Of a stretch of 64,000 nt of DNA, positions 1 to 12,779 are shown piece after piece. The first letter of the stretch is position 1; every line of letters starts with the position of its first letter. The notes under the pieces are model-generated. The model was not told the DNA's origin, searched no databases, and worked only from the letters and a program-made list of their open reading frames with translations. The translations under genes were made by a program, and so were the position numbers. This stretch comes from Octopus vulgaris (lineage: Eukaryota), in contig OX597817.1 of NCBI GenBank assembly GCA_951406725.2, positions 88,784,001 to 88,848,000 of the forward strand, given 5' to 3'.

Positions 1-929
1 TGAAATCCAAACTAAAAATAGAACAGCAACGAACCATGATAAAACGATGGCAAGAAAAGCCCCTTCATAGCAAATACTGGACTAAACTAAATGCAAAAGA
101 AATAGACAAAGAAAAATCCCAGCAATGGTTGAGAAGCTCAGGACTCAAAGCAGAGACAGAGGGATTTTTAATTGCAGCACAAGACCAAAGCCTCCCCACC
201 AGAAATTACCAAAAACATGTAATGAAAAGAAATATAACAAGTAACTGCAGAATATGTGGAGATGGACAAGAAACAATAAATCATATTATCTCTAGCTGCC
301 CAGTCCTGGCTAAGAAGGAATATATTCACAGATATGACAGAGTTGGAACCTACATACATTGGAAGCTATGCCAACATTATGGAATAACAACAGAGAAAAG
401 ATGGTATAGGCATACACCAGAAAAGGTTACAGAAAACGAGAAAGCAACCATACTCTGGGATATGCTGATACACACAGATAGAGAAATTAAGGCCAACAGA
501 CCAGATATAGTTGTCAAAGATCATGAAGAAAAAAATGCTTTCTAATTGATGTATCAATACCGGCAGATGACAACGTGTCTCTAAAAGAAATGGAGAAACT
601 CTCAAAATACAAAGACCTGGAAATAGAGGTAACCAGAATGTGGAATCTAAAAACAAAAACAATTCCTATCATAGTTGGTGCATTAGGCATGATAAAAAAA
701 TATTCAGACAAATACATAACAAAAACACCAGGACTTACAAACACATATAACATACAGAAAATTGCACTACTAGGCACTTCACACATCCTACGCAGAAAAC
801 TTTCCATTCAATAACCATCAGAGCATCACAACAAATCACAGCACATACCTAAGGCACACAGAGCTGCGCTCGGTAGTGAAGTGAAAGCACGCTATAAAAA
901 TAAAACTACTGAATAATAATAATAATAAA
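1..929 (+). mobile_element. R4/Dong-clade non-LTR retrotransposon, 3' part (CCHC finger + restriction-like endonuclease), frameshifted
   Basis: ORFs 36-545 and 575-814 give CRICGDGQETINHIISSC, RYDRVG (RHD-like), RPDIVV...(F)LIDVSIP...K..KY. Frameshift in A-run near 530; (TAA)n tail at 912-929. Confidence 0.9.
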
Positions 930-1175
930 TGCGCCGTTTTAAAGCCTAGCCAGGCATATGGGCCCGGTTTCCCGGTTTCAATGGCGTATGTGTTCCCCAG
1001 CTGGACGGGACGCCGGTCCATCGCAGCGTTACTCATTTTTGTCAGCTGAGTGGACTGGAGCAACGTGAAATGAAATGTTTTGCTCAAGAACACAACGCGT
1101 CGCAAGGTCCAGGAATCGAAACCACAATCTTACGGTCATGATGCTGACACCCTAACCACTAAGCCACGCGCTTCC
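930..1175 (-). mobile_element. tRNA-derived SINE (family A)
   Basis: Minus strand begins GGAAGCGCGTGGCTTAGTGGTTAGGG (A box) ... GGTTTCGATTCC (B box), followed by a SINE core. A related decayed copy lies at 38290-38433. Confidence 0.85.
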
Positions 1176-1394
1176 TCACACACACACACACTGAGGTTAT
1201 GAGAGGTAATGGTGTCAAGAAGACCCAAAGGTGTCAGGTAATGTTGGGTAAGTGCTATGGATAAGCTCCAGGTTCAGTGATTATGCGAATGAGGAGTCCA
1301 ACGTAGGTCCTATATCAGCATGCTTATATATATAAACAATTAACAGAATGAGATAAAAATCCATCACAGCCTTGGATTTCTATCCCATTCTGTC

Positions 1395-1453
<59 letters not shown>

Positions 1454-1549
1454 TAATCCAAACAAGAAAACAAAAAGACAACAACGCGAGGATGTGGAAC
1501 AAATAAAGTATTATTGGACGCTCAGGAAAGAAGGGAAGAAGGAAGGTAT

Positions 1550-1576
1550 GACGTTTCGAGCGGAGCTCTTCGTCGG
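1550..1576 (-). ncRNA. Minimal type-I hammerhead-ribozyme-like motif (Penelope pLTR)
   Basis: Minus strand CCGACGA-A-GAGC-TCC-GCTC-GAAA-CGTC: stem II intact, palindromic ACGT stem III, U4 replaced by C. Confidence 0.6.
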
Positions 1577-1879
1577 AAACATAGGAGAAAGAAAGATCCC
1601 GAGGTGGGAGGACAGAGGGGAAAAAATGCAAGTGGTCTTCACGAGGCCACATACTGAAAAGGTGGAAGTGGTAAAAAAGAAGGAGCATGTTTTCAAAAAC
1701 AGGAGAGCAGAATCAAAGAAGGAATGGTAAACAAAGGTGTGCGAGATGACAAGGGTGTGTGTGTGTGTGTGTGTGTGCGTGTGTGCGTGTGTGTGTATGT
1801 GTGTATATGGTGGGCAATGGCTAGTGGCAAGCAGCAGTTAGCGAGTCAGGAAGGCAGGTCAGAAACAGAGAGGAATGTG

Positions 1880-4065
1880 TGTGTGCGTGTATATGTCTCG
1901 TGTGTGTGTTTTGTTGTAGTATGTGTGTGTGTACGTGTGCGTTATTTTGTGTGTATGGCGAGTAACTGTGCTTAACTAAGTGTATGTGTGGGTGTGTGTG
2001 TGTGCTTGTATGTGCGTATATGTATAATTGTGTGCATGTATGTATGTGTTCGTGCGTATGTGTGCGCATGTTTTGGTGTGCGTATGTTTGTGTGTGTCTG
2101 TGCTTATATGTGTGTACGTATGTGTATGTGTGCGTGCGCGTGGAGGTATATGTTGTGTGTATGTATATGTGTCGGTGTGTATGTGAATTCGTGTGTGTTT
2201 GTACGTGTGTAAGTGTGTGTGCGTGTATTGTATATATATATGTAAACGTGTGTGTGTAAGTGCGTGGGAGTGAATGTATGTATGTATGTGCGTGTGTGTA
2301 CAAAATGCAGGGGTATTATATGTGTGTTTATATGTTTATATGTGTGTATATATATGCATGCAAGGACACACTTCGCAACTGAAAGAATGATGGAAAATAC
2401 TCTTGCGGTGACAGGCGCATGAGAAACCCCAGGCACAACGCACCAGCCCAGACGCGAACCCGAGATAAAGCCAAACCCCACAGGCATGCGTGCATGCATG
2501 TGTGTGCGCGTGCATGCTAGTGTGTGTGTATATGTGTATGTGCATGTGTGTATGTATGTATGTATGTGTGTGTGTATGTGTGTATGTGTGTATGTGTGTA
2601 TGTATGTATGTGTGTATGTGTGGAAGTGTGTGTGTGTGTATGTATGTATGTATGTATGTATGTATGTATGTATGTGTGTGTGTGTGTATGTATGTATGTG
2701 TGCATGCGTGTATGTGTGTGTGTGTGTATGTGTGCATGCGTGTATGTGTGTATGTGTGTGTATGTATGTATGTATGCATGCATGTGCGTATGTATGTGTG
2801 TGTGTGCATGTGTGTATGTATATGTGTATGTGCGTATATGTGTGTGTATGTGTGTGTATGTATGTATGTATGTATGTATGTATGTGTGTGTGTGTGTGCG
2901 TGTGTGTATAAGTGTATGTGTGTATGTATGTGTGTATGTATGTATGGGTGTGTGTCTGTGTATGTTTGTGTGTGTGTGTATGTATGCATGAGTGAAGGTA
3001 TGAATGTATGTAAGTATGTGTGTGTACGTATGTAATGTATGTATGTATGCGTGTGTGTGTGTATGCGTGTGCGTGTGTATGTGGGTGCGTATGTATGTAT
3101 GTATGTGTGAGTGTATAGGTGTATGTCTGTATGTATGTATGTCTTGTGTATGTATGTATGTGTATGTGTGTATGTGTGTGTATGTATGTATGTGTGTAGG
3201 TATGTATGTATGTGTGTATGTGTGTATGTATGTATGTAAGTATGTGTGTGTACGTATGTAATGTATGTATGCGTGTGTGTGTGTGCATGTATGCGTGTGC
3301 GTGTGTATGTGGGTGTGTATGTATGTATGTGTGAGTGTATAGGTGTATGTCTGTATGTATGTATGTCTTGTGTATGTATGTATGTGTATGTGTGTATGTG
3401 TGTGTATGTATGTATGTGTGTAGGTATGTATGTATGTATGTGTGTATGTATGTATGTGTGTATGTGTGTAAGTGTGTGTGCGTGTATGTATGTAGGTATG
3501 TATTGTGCGCGCGTGCATGCATGCATGTGTGTGTGTATGTATGTATACACACACACACACACACGAACGCACACTCACACACACAACACACAAACAACAC
3601 AACGCACGCATATGGGGCCGGCCGCACCCCAGGCTTGCGCCAAAGCGCGCGCGGACCCCCGAACACCCACACCACAAGAACCGAACTCCATCAAACCCTC
3701 AACCCCAAAAAAGCGTACGCCTCGATAAAATATATGTATGTGTGCGTGCATTCGTGGAAACGTGTGCGTGTGTATGTATGTGTGTGTGCATGCGTGTATG
3801 TGTGCATGTGTGTGTGTATGTATGTATGTGTGTGTGTATGTATGTATGTGTGTATGTATGTGCATGTTTGGTTGTTTGTTTGTGTGTGTACGTATGTATG
3901 TATGTGTGTGTGTGTGAACGGGCATGTGTGTGTGCGCGTGGGTGTGTGTGGGGGTGTATAGGTGTGGAAGTATGTGTGCGTATAAGTAGGTTGTATGTGT
4001 GTGGTGTGTTGGAAGTAGGTATGTGGGGGTGTTCGTGGATACGTGGGTATGCGTGTGTTTCTGTA
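1880..4065. repeat. Compound (GT)n/(GTAT)n microsatellite with an internal ~226-bp duplication
   Basis: Visible directly; the block starting gtaagtatgtgtgtgtacgtatgtaat recurs at about 3010 and 3236. Confidence 0.9.
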
Positions 4066-4108
4066 TAAAAAAGGGGGGGTAGGGAGAAAGAGAGGTGAAG
4101 CGCAGACA

Positions 4109-4497
4109 CTAAGAGGAGGAGGCTGTGTTGTGTCCGTGTGGGGTAGTGGTTTGTAGGGTGAAGATGAAGCGTTGCTCCAAGTGGAGCCTGAATTGTGGAA
4201 GACCGTTGTGTGGGGCGAGACCAAACACTGAGATGTCATCGGGGGAATGGCTGGCCGAGCGGAAGTGACGTGCGACGGGAGAAAAACCGTAGGCGAACGT
4301 CCCTCAGATGTTCGGCGAATCGGTCTGACAAACGGCGTCCCGTCTGTCCTATATACAGCATTCCGCAGAGGTTGCATTTAATACAGTATATGAGGCCAGA
4401 CGAAGTGCACGTAAAAGAATGTCTGATACGTACAGTTCGCTGGTTGGAGCCGGTGACAGCAGTGGTGTTGGTGATGAAGGGGCAGGTGTTGCAGCGG
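4109..4497 (-). pseudogene. Penelope-type GIY-YIG endonuclease fragment (Neptune-like CCHH)
   Basis: RCNTC...FTCTSSGLIYCIKCNLCGMLYIGQTGRRLSDRFAEH, then after a frameshift PVARHFRSASHSPDDISVFGL...LEQRFIFTLQTTTPHGHN..*. Confidence 0.9.
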
Positions 4498-4605
4498 GAT
4501 ATATATATATACATACTAGATAGAAATAGATACAGATATAGATATATATAGATATCAAAGCATTCACACTCATACTCTCACACACACACAGCTATACATA
4601 TATTT

Positions 4606-4654
<49 letters not shown>

Positions 4655-5228
4655 GTTATACATACACACACCTATAATATGTTTGTGTGTGTGTAAATAC
4701 ATACATACATACATACATATACAGAAAGAGAAATATAGATATAGATAGATAGGTTCATTGTTTCATTGTCCGTGGTATAATTAGTGTGAACACCATGTAT
4801 TTGTTAGACGCCAACGAGGTCTTCTGACATTTGACATTCTTGTCTGAAAAAAGATCGATATTTAAGTCTAACAACTGACGCCATTTTATTTGATAAAAGA
4901 CGTTTAACAGCTATTTCCTCATCCCAATAAATGTGGCTTCTGTATTTAAACCAGGATAGACAGTTTTATGTATGTATGTATGTATGTATGTATGTATGTA
5001 TGTATGTATGTATGTATGTATGTATGCATGTATGTATTATATGCATTCATGTATTGTATGTGTGTGTGCATGTGTGTAATGTGTATGTATATATTGTATG
5101 TATACATGCATTGTATTTATGTATGTACGTATAATGTATTGTACATATGTATGCATTGTATATATACAAGTATGTATTTTGTATTTATGCGTATTCTTTA
5201 ATTATATATGCGTATAAATGAATGAATG

Positions 5229-5268
<40 letters not shown>

Positions 5269-5724
5269 TACTTGCATACCTACGTACATACCTACATACA
5301 TACATACTTATTTACACACACACTCACACGTATGTATGTATATATGTACATAATGTTTGTATGAAGGTATGTAGTTTTGTCTGATAGTATATATGCATTC
5401 ATATTCTTTCACTCATTCTTTTATTGGTCTCAGCCAGAGGTTGTGGTCATGTTCGGGCACTGCAAAGAGAGAAGTTAGAATTATTTTTCAAAATTTCGTA
5501 GTCAAATATATAAAGATATGAACCTTTGGATGTTTAACCATCAAAGGAGCCCCGATGTTTTGGCGAGATTTGTGAGATATAAGAGTCAAATTCTCCTCAT
5601 ATTATCTCATGATGGCTTTTAAAAGAGGTACATCGGATGGTGTGGCCTTGAGGAAATTATGGGCCGTCACGCGTAGAATGTTCTTGATTATGTTTGCTAG
5701 ATCAGGGAAAACCTAGGCTCAATA

Positions 5725-5901
5725 AAGAAGAAGAAGAAGAAGAAGAAGAAGAAGAAGAAGAAGAAGAAGAAGAAGAAGAAGAAGAAGAAGAAGAAGAAGA
5801 AGAAGAAGAACAAGAAGAAGAACAAGAACAAGAACAAGAAGAAGAACAAGAAGAACAAGAAGAACAACAACAACAACTACTACTACTACTACTACTACTA
5901 C
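5725..5901. repeat. Compound trinucleotide repeat (GAA)n-(CAA)n-(CTA)n
   Basis: Visible directly. Confidence 0.95.
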
Positions 5902-6890
5902 TCGTGACTTTCAACAAGCGGATTATTCTGAAATATTGCTATTTAAAAAAATCATGCTGTTTACTAAAAAGTAAAAAATAAGTTATGGCTTCATGAGAGA
6001 TGGAGGAGTTGCCCATAACCCATTTTACAAGCCGTGCAAGACTGGTGGTGGAAAGCCATGATGAATTTTGTCCAGGAACCTGTCCCAAGGTGCGCAGCAA
6101 AGTAAATCTCGTTCAATTTACTCGACAGCCAGACACTAGTCATAATAATCCGGACAATGTATTATGTCTACCATCGAAGTATACGAAAGTTGCCTCCGAC
6201 AGGCTTCCATACTGGTTCCGTCTACTAAATTTTATATGGGTTAGGTTGATTCGGAATTATGGTAAAATACACTTACTTAGGGCATCACAGGATTTGAATG
6301 GTTTCCATACATTTTGAGTCCACTGAATTTCATTCACAAGGTCTGGCTTGATTCGACACCAGGGCCTCTGAGTTTCAGCCAGTATAATAATAGTCCGGGA
6401 TCTGAAAAGCCCAATAATAACTGACGCCTATCCTACCATTTCAAGAAAATCTCATTGCCCCGTGAACTTTAACAGTACTGTCTCCATCCAGGACCAGAAG
6501 CAGTTTTGTTCTGTCTGGCAAAATTTCTTTTGGAAGCCCTGTTCAATACTATAATAAGAGACACACACGCAGGGTACCACGTTTGGGATCAATTACGGAA
6601 TCACGTGATTGTGAAGTGAACGTTTTCATTACACAGCTCTCCTAGCATTTGGTAATCCAATTCGCATTGTTCTACTATTCTACAAATCCTCAAATCCTCT
6701 CATAGTCTAAATCAGCAAACTACTCGGAGGTCTGACGGTTGTGCATTGAATAAATATTGGCGGCATATGAATTTCACTTTTGTCTCATCCTACACAATAA
6801 AACAGGTAAGGTGATCGATGCCATCCGTTCTCTTAATTATGTCCCTGTACCCTCCTTCACACATGCGCGCACACACATACACGCACACGC

Positions 6891-6968
<78 letters not shown>

Positions 6969-8658
6969 ACATAAACACATATACACATACACAGACATAC
7001 ATACACATATATACACACACATACACATGTAAAATCCGCAGTCTTGAAACACCAAAGTGGTTTACCCACACCTGTGCAATACTAGTAGATGATATTATCT
7101 ATAGCACCTGGAAAGGCGTGGAGCAGGTAGAATCGTTAGCACACTGGACAAATTGCTTAGTTGTCGAATTTGCCTTTCATCCTTTCGTGGTCGAGGAAAT
7201 CAGAACCGGGAGTCAGAGAAATCGACTAGCCCTCACCCCAAATACCAAACCTTGTGCCCAAAGTAGAAAGAAAGAATTATCTATAACGCCTGAAAGTAGA
7301 GTCATCTCCAGATTGGAGATGTATTTTTGCTTCCCCAACCACCAATCGAAAGCCACTTCCATGACGACCAGCAAGAAAACAAAAGCTACTTTGGTGTATG
7401 GTAATTTTCTCACTTCACAAAAGTAATATTACAAACAATAAGATAAACACGTCAGCAAAGTAAAATAGATGCAAGATACAAATATGTTCCTACAACCCAC
7501 CAACGACAATGCTATACTCACGTCAGGAACACGAAGGACAATCTGGAAGCTGCACAGAGATTCATTTGTGTTGGTGTTAGGATTTAGGGTTAGGATTAGG
7601 GTTTAACGTAAGTGTTAAGGTTAGGCTTAAACTGCGTGTTAAAGTATAAATGGCCGGGTAGACCGCCCGCTTATATGAAAAAGATTCTCTTGATGAAACG
7701 TTTAGGAGGCAGTAATAATGATAATGATATATCTATTTGCAACAAGACACAAAACAAAACGTTCCAAATCACTGGCGAAGCGAGTTATTTTGGAACGTAT
7801 ACATATTTATATAATCGAAATGTAAATGAAAAAGTGCAGAGTAGAAATTGCATAAAGAAATAGAGACTTATGCATGCACATTCACGTGCGCGTGTCTTCA
7901 CTGATGTGCAGATGCAAATACACACCGGTGCGCATAGATGTGCACACAAGCACACACATAATAATTTTATTCGGTTGTTAACCCAGGAGTTTACCTATGG
8001 ATACGGGCTAACAGAGAGGCTAACAATCCGGAGATAGTTTTTATTAAACATATGCCTGAAAATCCACAAGTATCTGCAGAGAATGGAGTGAGCAAATCCT
8101 TTTATTACATCAATTTACAATTATTCCATAGGAATTCGATTCATGAGATTGAATTCCAATGTTTGTAATTTCACATACATACACACACATATTCGTAGTA
8201 CTATTTAAAATTATTTCTTGTCTGTTTCGATTTAACCATCGTTTGCAGAGTGTGTGTGTGCTAAAATTTGAAATTGCTCCCATCGGTGATCGAAACCTAT
8301 TTCCACATTTGGACTTACGCATTACGATTCGTCAGGGAGTTTATCGTCTGTTAATTGACATTTACTTTAGTCGTTCAGATAATTACTGGAAAAATATATT
8401 TGTCCTTATGTGTCTGTACATATTTATTTATTTATTTATCTCCCTAACAAGTGCGTACATTATAAACATTGACTTCTTACATCTCTTGATTACACATATA
8501 ATTGCATCTTGTATACACACATACAATGGGGAAAGCGAAAACAGTTAACAACAATAACAACAACAAATAATAACATCTTATTTATCTCCCTAACAAGTGT
8601 GCTATATCTTCAGTGTTTTTTCTTTTTCTTTCTTTGTTTACCTTGCACTACGGTACGG

Positions 8659-9960
8659 ATGGGCAGACAGAACAAAACTGCCACGGTATCATCCGTGGAT
8701 GAGCCGTGCGACAAAACTGGTCGCTGTCCTAAAATAGAACGTTGCCCGGCAAATCACATCTGTCATCTATGCACAAAACTCGAAAATTCCTTCCGAAATA
8801 GATGGGTTGAATGCAGTAACTGTCGTGTTTCGATCTGCTTTCAATGTGCCACAAACTTTTAGAAGATCCCAGGTCAAAAAAAAGGACACCATACTTCTAT
8901 GATGGATAAACTCTGGGAAATGGTCCAGCTACCAAACTGGTCGTTTCAGTGCCTGACTTGTGTGTCCCCTGCCACCGTTGCTGCTGAACAGCAACAACAA
9001 AACCCGACAACCGTGTCTTCCGCTGCCATTGCTGCTGAACAGCAAAAGCTGACTACTTTGTCTCCCAAAACCAGTCCTGTTGAAGAACAACAGCAAAAAC
9101 TAAAGCCGCCCGCATCTTCCTACCCTGTCACTCTTCAACAGCAGCAACAAAAATCGGCCATTCATGTTGAAGAATATCAACAAAAACAGAAACTTAAGCC
9201 TCCTGTGTCTTCCTCCCCTATTGCTTTTCGACAACAAAAATTGATCATTACAGCTGAAGTAAATCAGCAGGAACAAAAACCAACCATGCCCTCTTCTCCT
9301 GATACTTCTCAACTAGAGCAGAAATCGAACATCAGCACAGAAGTTGCAGAAATTAGACGAATGATTTCTGCTTTGAGTCATGAAATAGCAGGAATCAGAA
9401 CCAGTGTCTGTGCGACAACTCACAGCAAAGGGTCGTACCGGAGTGCCTTGCTCAGCAACTTACCTGTGGCTCGTACGGAACCTCAACGCATCGAGGGAGT
9501 TGCTGAACCAGTCACTCATGAATTAATTGCCATTGGAGTGCCGGAAGATGTGGTAGATCTGCAGGCATTCATTGGAAACACAGCTAGGGACCTAAGCTGT
9601 GTCCCTCCAAAAAGTGCTTCCCTCCTTGGCCGACCGGGAACCAAACCCAGGCTGATCAGGCTGTTGTTTACGGGCTTTACTGAGGCGCGGACATTCCATC
9701 TGGCTGCTGATAGAGCTCGGCGTGACAACGTAATCAACTTTAGAACACGTCTTGGCCTACCACCTGATGTACGCCCAAAGCTAAGATCTGTAGCTTCCCT
9801 AAATCGCAACTCTGTCCCACAGGAGAGTTTTAGCCTTCGCGATGATGGGCAAATCTGGAAATTTGTCAAGTCTGGTGAATCGTGGATAAGGGATGCCAGT
9901 TGGACTGAGCAGACTGCACCCACAACAACAACTGGCAATACAAAAATCTTGGGAAATTAA
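8659..9960 (+). pseudogene. CR1 ORF1 (PHD-like zinc finger, Q-rich linker), one in-frame stop at 8860-8862
   Basis: ATG at 8659 is in frame with ORF 8899-9960; CHLC...WVECSNC...C..C...WSFQCLTC. Confidence 0.8.
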
Positions 9961-12779
9961 TCAAAAACAATCAGCCATCCCCTGTATATCATCATCTGAA
10001 ATCCAGATATAAACTGCTGTCCTTGAAAGCCCGTAGTTTATGCAACAAGGTGCATCTTTTTGACTCCTACGTCAAAAGTATCAACCCAGATTTCATCACA
10101 GTCACGGAAACATGGGCACACTCTGCATTCTGTGATGGAGTTTTCAGCATAGCCGGCTACAACCTGTTCCGCAAAGACCGCATTAATCGCCGTGGAGGGG
10201 GTGTGATGATTTATGTTCGATCAAATCTATCGGCAATCCCCTGTGATGATTTGAACCAATCTCAGCAGGAAGTATTTTTCTGCAATATACACATGACCAT
10301 GTCAACACCTCTGCTCGGAGTCATTTACCGCCCCCCAAATTATCGTCAAGACGCACAGCTTTTTGATATCCTCAGAGCTGCTGCCATGAAAACAGCCGCG
10401 TATGTTTATATTGTGGGCGACTTCAATTTCCCTGAGATTGACTGGGAGGCCTTCTGTTGGCCGCAAAGTGCAGGCGATTTCCTTGAACTGGTGCTGAATT
10501 CAAATTGGTCTCAAGTCGTTACCTCCCCCACAAGGGGCAACAACACTTTGGATCTGCTACTTACCGCTTCTCCTGAAACAATCATTAGTGTCACTACTGA
10601 AGAACCTTTAGGTGACTCTGATCATTCCATGATCATGGCCGACTTATCTCTGATTGGTTGTAACAAAAAAAAACACAACCATCTTCAGACTGCCCGCTTT
10701 GACTGGAATAAAGCAGACTGGAGCTCTTATTGTACTGAGCTGCAACGCCCAAACTGGCTCGAATTTTATGCCTCTGGAGATGTGGACACTATACTCCAGA
10801 ACATTCTGAATTCAATATGGGCGGCATGTGAAGCATCAGTACCGCGCAAGCACACAAAAAAACACCCAATAGTGCAATTTGGGAGACTGCAGCAGTCCGA
10901 CTTGCCAGGAAAGAACGCCGTAATGCTGAACAGGAATACAAATTGCACAAATCAGAGAGCAACAGGAAAAAGCGCAATAGGTCAGCCAACCACCTCAAGC
11001 AGGTGACAAAAAAGGCAGTGCTTGGATTTGAACAACGCATTGCAACTAACCCTGACAGCAAAGTGTTCTGGAAGTATGTGCACTCAAAGCAGAGACCCCA
11101 CTCTCCAGTTGGTTCCCTTCGCAATCCCCACACAGGACAGATTACTGGCAATCCCGAAGAATGTGCAGAAATCATTGCTGGATGCTATGCCGGCATCTTT
11201 ACTGTCGAAGACCAAAATGTTCCATTTTCATCACCACTGACATCGGACTCTATATCTACTATGCAATTTACACCAGCAATGCTACAACGCCACCTTAAGA
11301 ATAAACGCAACTATGCCTCTCCTGGTCTCGATGGTGTTACATACCTAACTTTTCAAACGCGGTGGGTACTTTCTTCTAAGCCAACTTTCTCTATTCTTCC
11401 AATTCTGTCTTGACAATGGTGTTACTCCAGAACAGTGGAAAACTGCCAGTGTTATCCCTCTGTTCAAAAAAGGCGACCGCACATCGCCTGTCAACATCGC
11501 CGTTAGTCTTACTAGCTGCATCGCCAAACTGATGGAATCCTGTGTCAGAGAAACCCTCTGGAACTTCTGGAAGTCTCACAGCCTCATCCAGCCGTCACAA
11601 TTTGGATTTATTCCTAACTCTAGCTGCTGTAATCAACTCATCGAGTTTCTTGAGGACGTTACCCAAATCACTGATCGCGGATCCTGGGTGGATGTTGTTT
11701 ACCTGGACTTTGCTAAGGCTTTTAACTCTGTGCTACACAAAAGACTTATGGTGAAGCTCTCTGCGTTGGGCGTAAGAGACGAACTCTATAACTGTTTGAA
11801 GTCCTTTGTTTTCGGCCGAAAAGAGGTTGTCACAGTTCTAGGACAGCACTATTCGCCCTATGAGATGACATCTGGTGTACCACAGGGATCTGTTCTTGGC
11901 CCCCTTTTATTTGTTACTTATGTTAATGACATAGATGCCAACTTAAAGAATGCCACAGTGTTGAAATATGCAGATGACATCAAGCTGTAAATTGAAATAA
12001 AGAGGCCAGATCCTGTACACTATAGATCTCTATTGCAAGCAGACCTGGACACAATGCAGCAGTGGATCATGGACTGGCAACTCAAGCTGGCTGTGGACAA
12101 ATGTACCACTATGCATTTTGGGAGGAGAAAACCAGCGTCCACCTACTCCCTCCAGAACACTTGTCTCTAAAAGTCTTCAGGTGAACGTGACCTGGGTGTT
12201 AGTGTCGACAGTGATTTGCGTTGGACAAAACACATCGCTAAAATTGTCAAGAAGGCTGAGGGTGCCTTGGCATCACTCACCAAATCCTTTGTGAGCCGCT
12301 CTCCGACTATCTATCTGCGGCTTTATATAGCTATGGTAAGACCTCACCTGGAATTTGCATCACCGGTCTGGAACACCTATCTTGCCCAGGATATCAATCG
12401 TCTGGAAGCCGTTCAGCGATGTGCAACCAAAAGAATACCCTCCATCAGGCATTTGCCATATTCTGAACGCCTTACTTCCCTGGGCATGGACACATTGAAA
12501 CTCCGACGTCTGGCAGCTGACTTGGCAGATACCCATAAAATTATCAACCATCGTACAAACAATAACTCTGAGCACCTTTTCAAACTCCACCCGTCTAACA
12601 CCCGTGGACATATTTACAAAGTCAGAAAACAGCACAGCTCCCATGACTTTAGGAAACATTTTTTCACGCTGAGAGTTGCTGAAGCATGGAACAAACTGCC
12701 GGCATCAGTTGTTAGTTGTCGGAGCACTGCATCCTTCAAAACTTCCATGCTTTCTGAGATTCGCCAACACTACACCTGA
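9951..12779 (+). pseudogene. CR1 ORF2: AP endonuclease + reverse transcriptase, several frameshifts and stops
   Basis: ITVTETW, GGGV, IYRPP, GDFNFP, TRGNNTLDL, SDH (APE); QFGF, YLDFAKAF, SGVPQGSVLGP, YADD (RT). Confidence 0.92.

Larger units (their letters stand above)
1450..4497 (-). mobile_element. 5'-truncated Penelope-like element (GIY-YIG end, microsatellite-filled 3' region, pLTR-like end)
   Basis: GIY-YIG coding piece at 4109-4497, hammerhead-like motif at 1550-1576, (TA)n on both flanks. Linking both ends into one element is inference. Confidence 0.65.

Noticed and set aside
1100-1175. tRNA gene
   Set aside because: A/B boxes run directly into a SINE body; it is a SINE head.
2361-2485. 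GC-rich island within the microsatellite (a similar one at 3610-3730)
   Set aside because: Looks like garbled SINE sequence or low-quality consensus; no coherent ORF or structure.
1724-4109. Long H/T/Y- and C/V/M-rich ORFs (up to 523 aa)
   Set aside because: Translations of CA/TACA microsatellites, open in several frames on both strands.
5694-5981. Poly-E/Q/L ORF
   Set aside because: Compound trinucleotide repeat with no real start context or domain.
8431-8600. Direct repeat tttatctccctaacaagtg as the CR1 target-site duplication
   Set aside because: Both copies are on the 5' side; more likely tandem 3' ends of an antisense repeat with a (TAAA)n tail.
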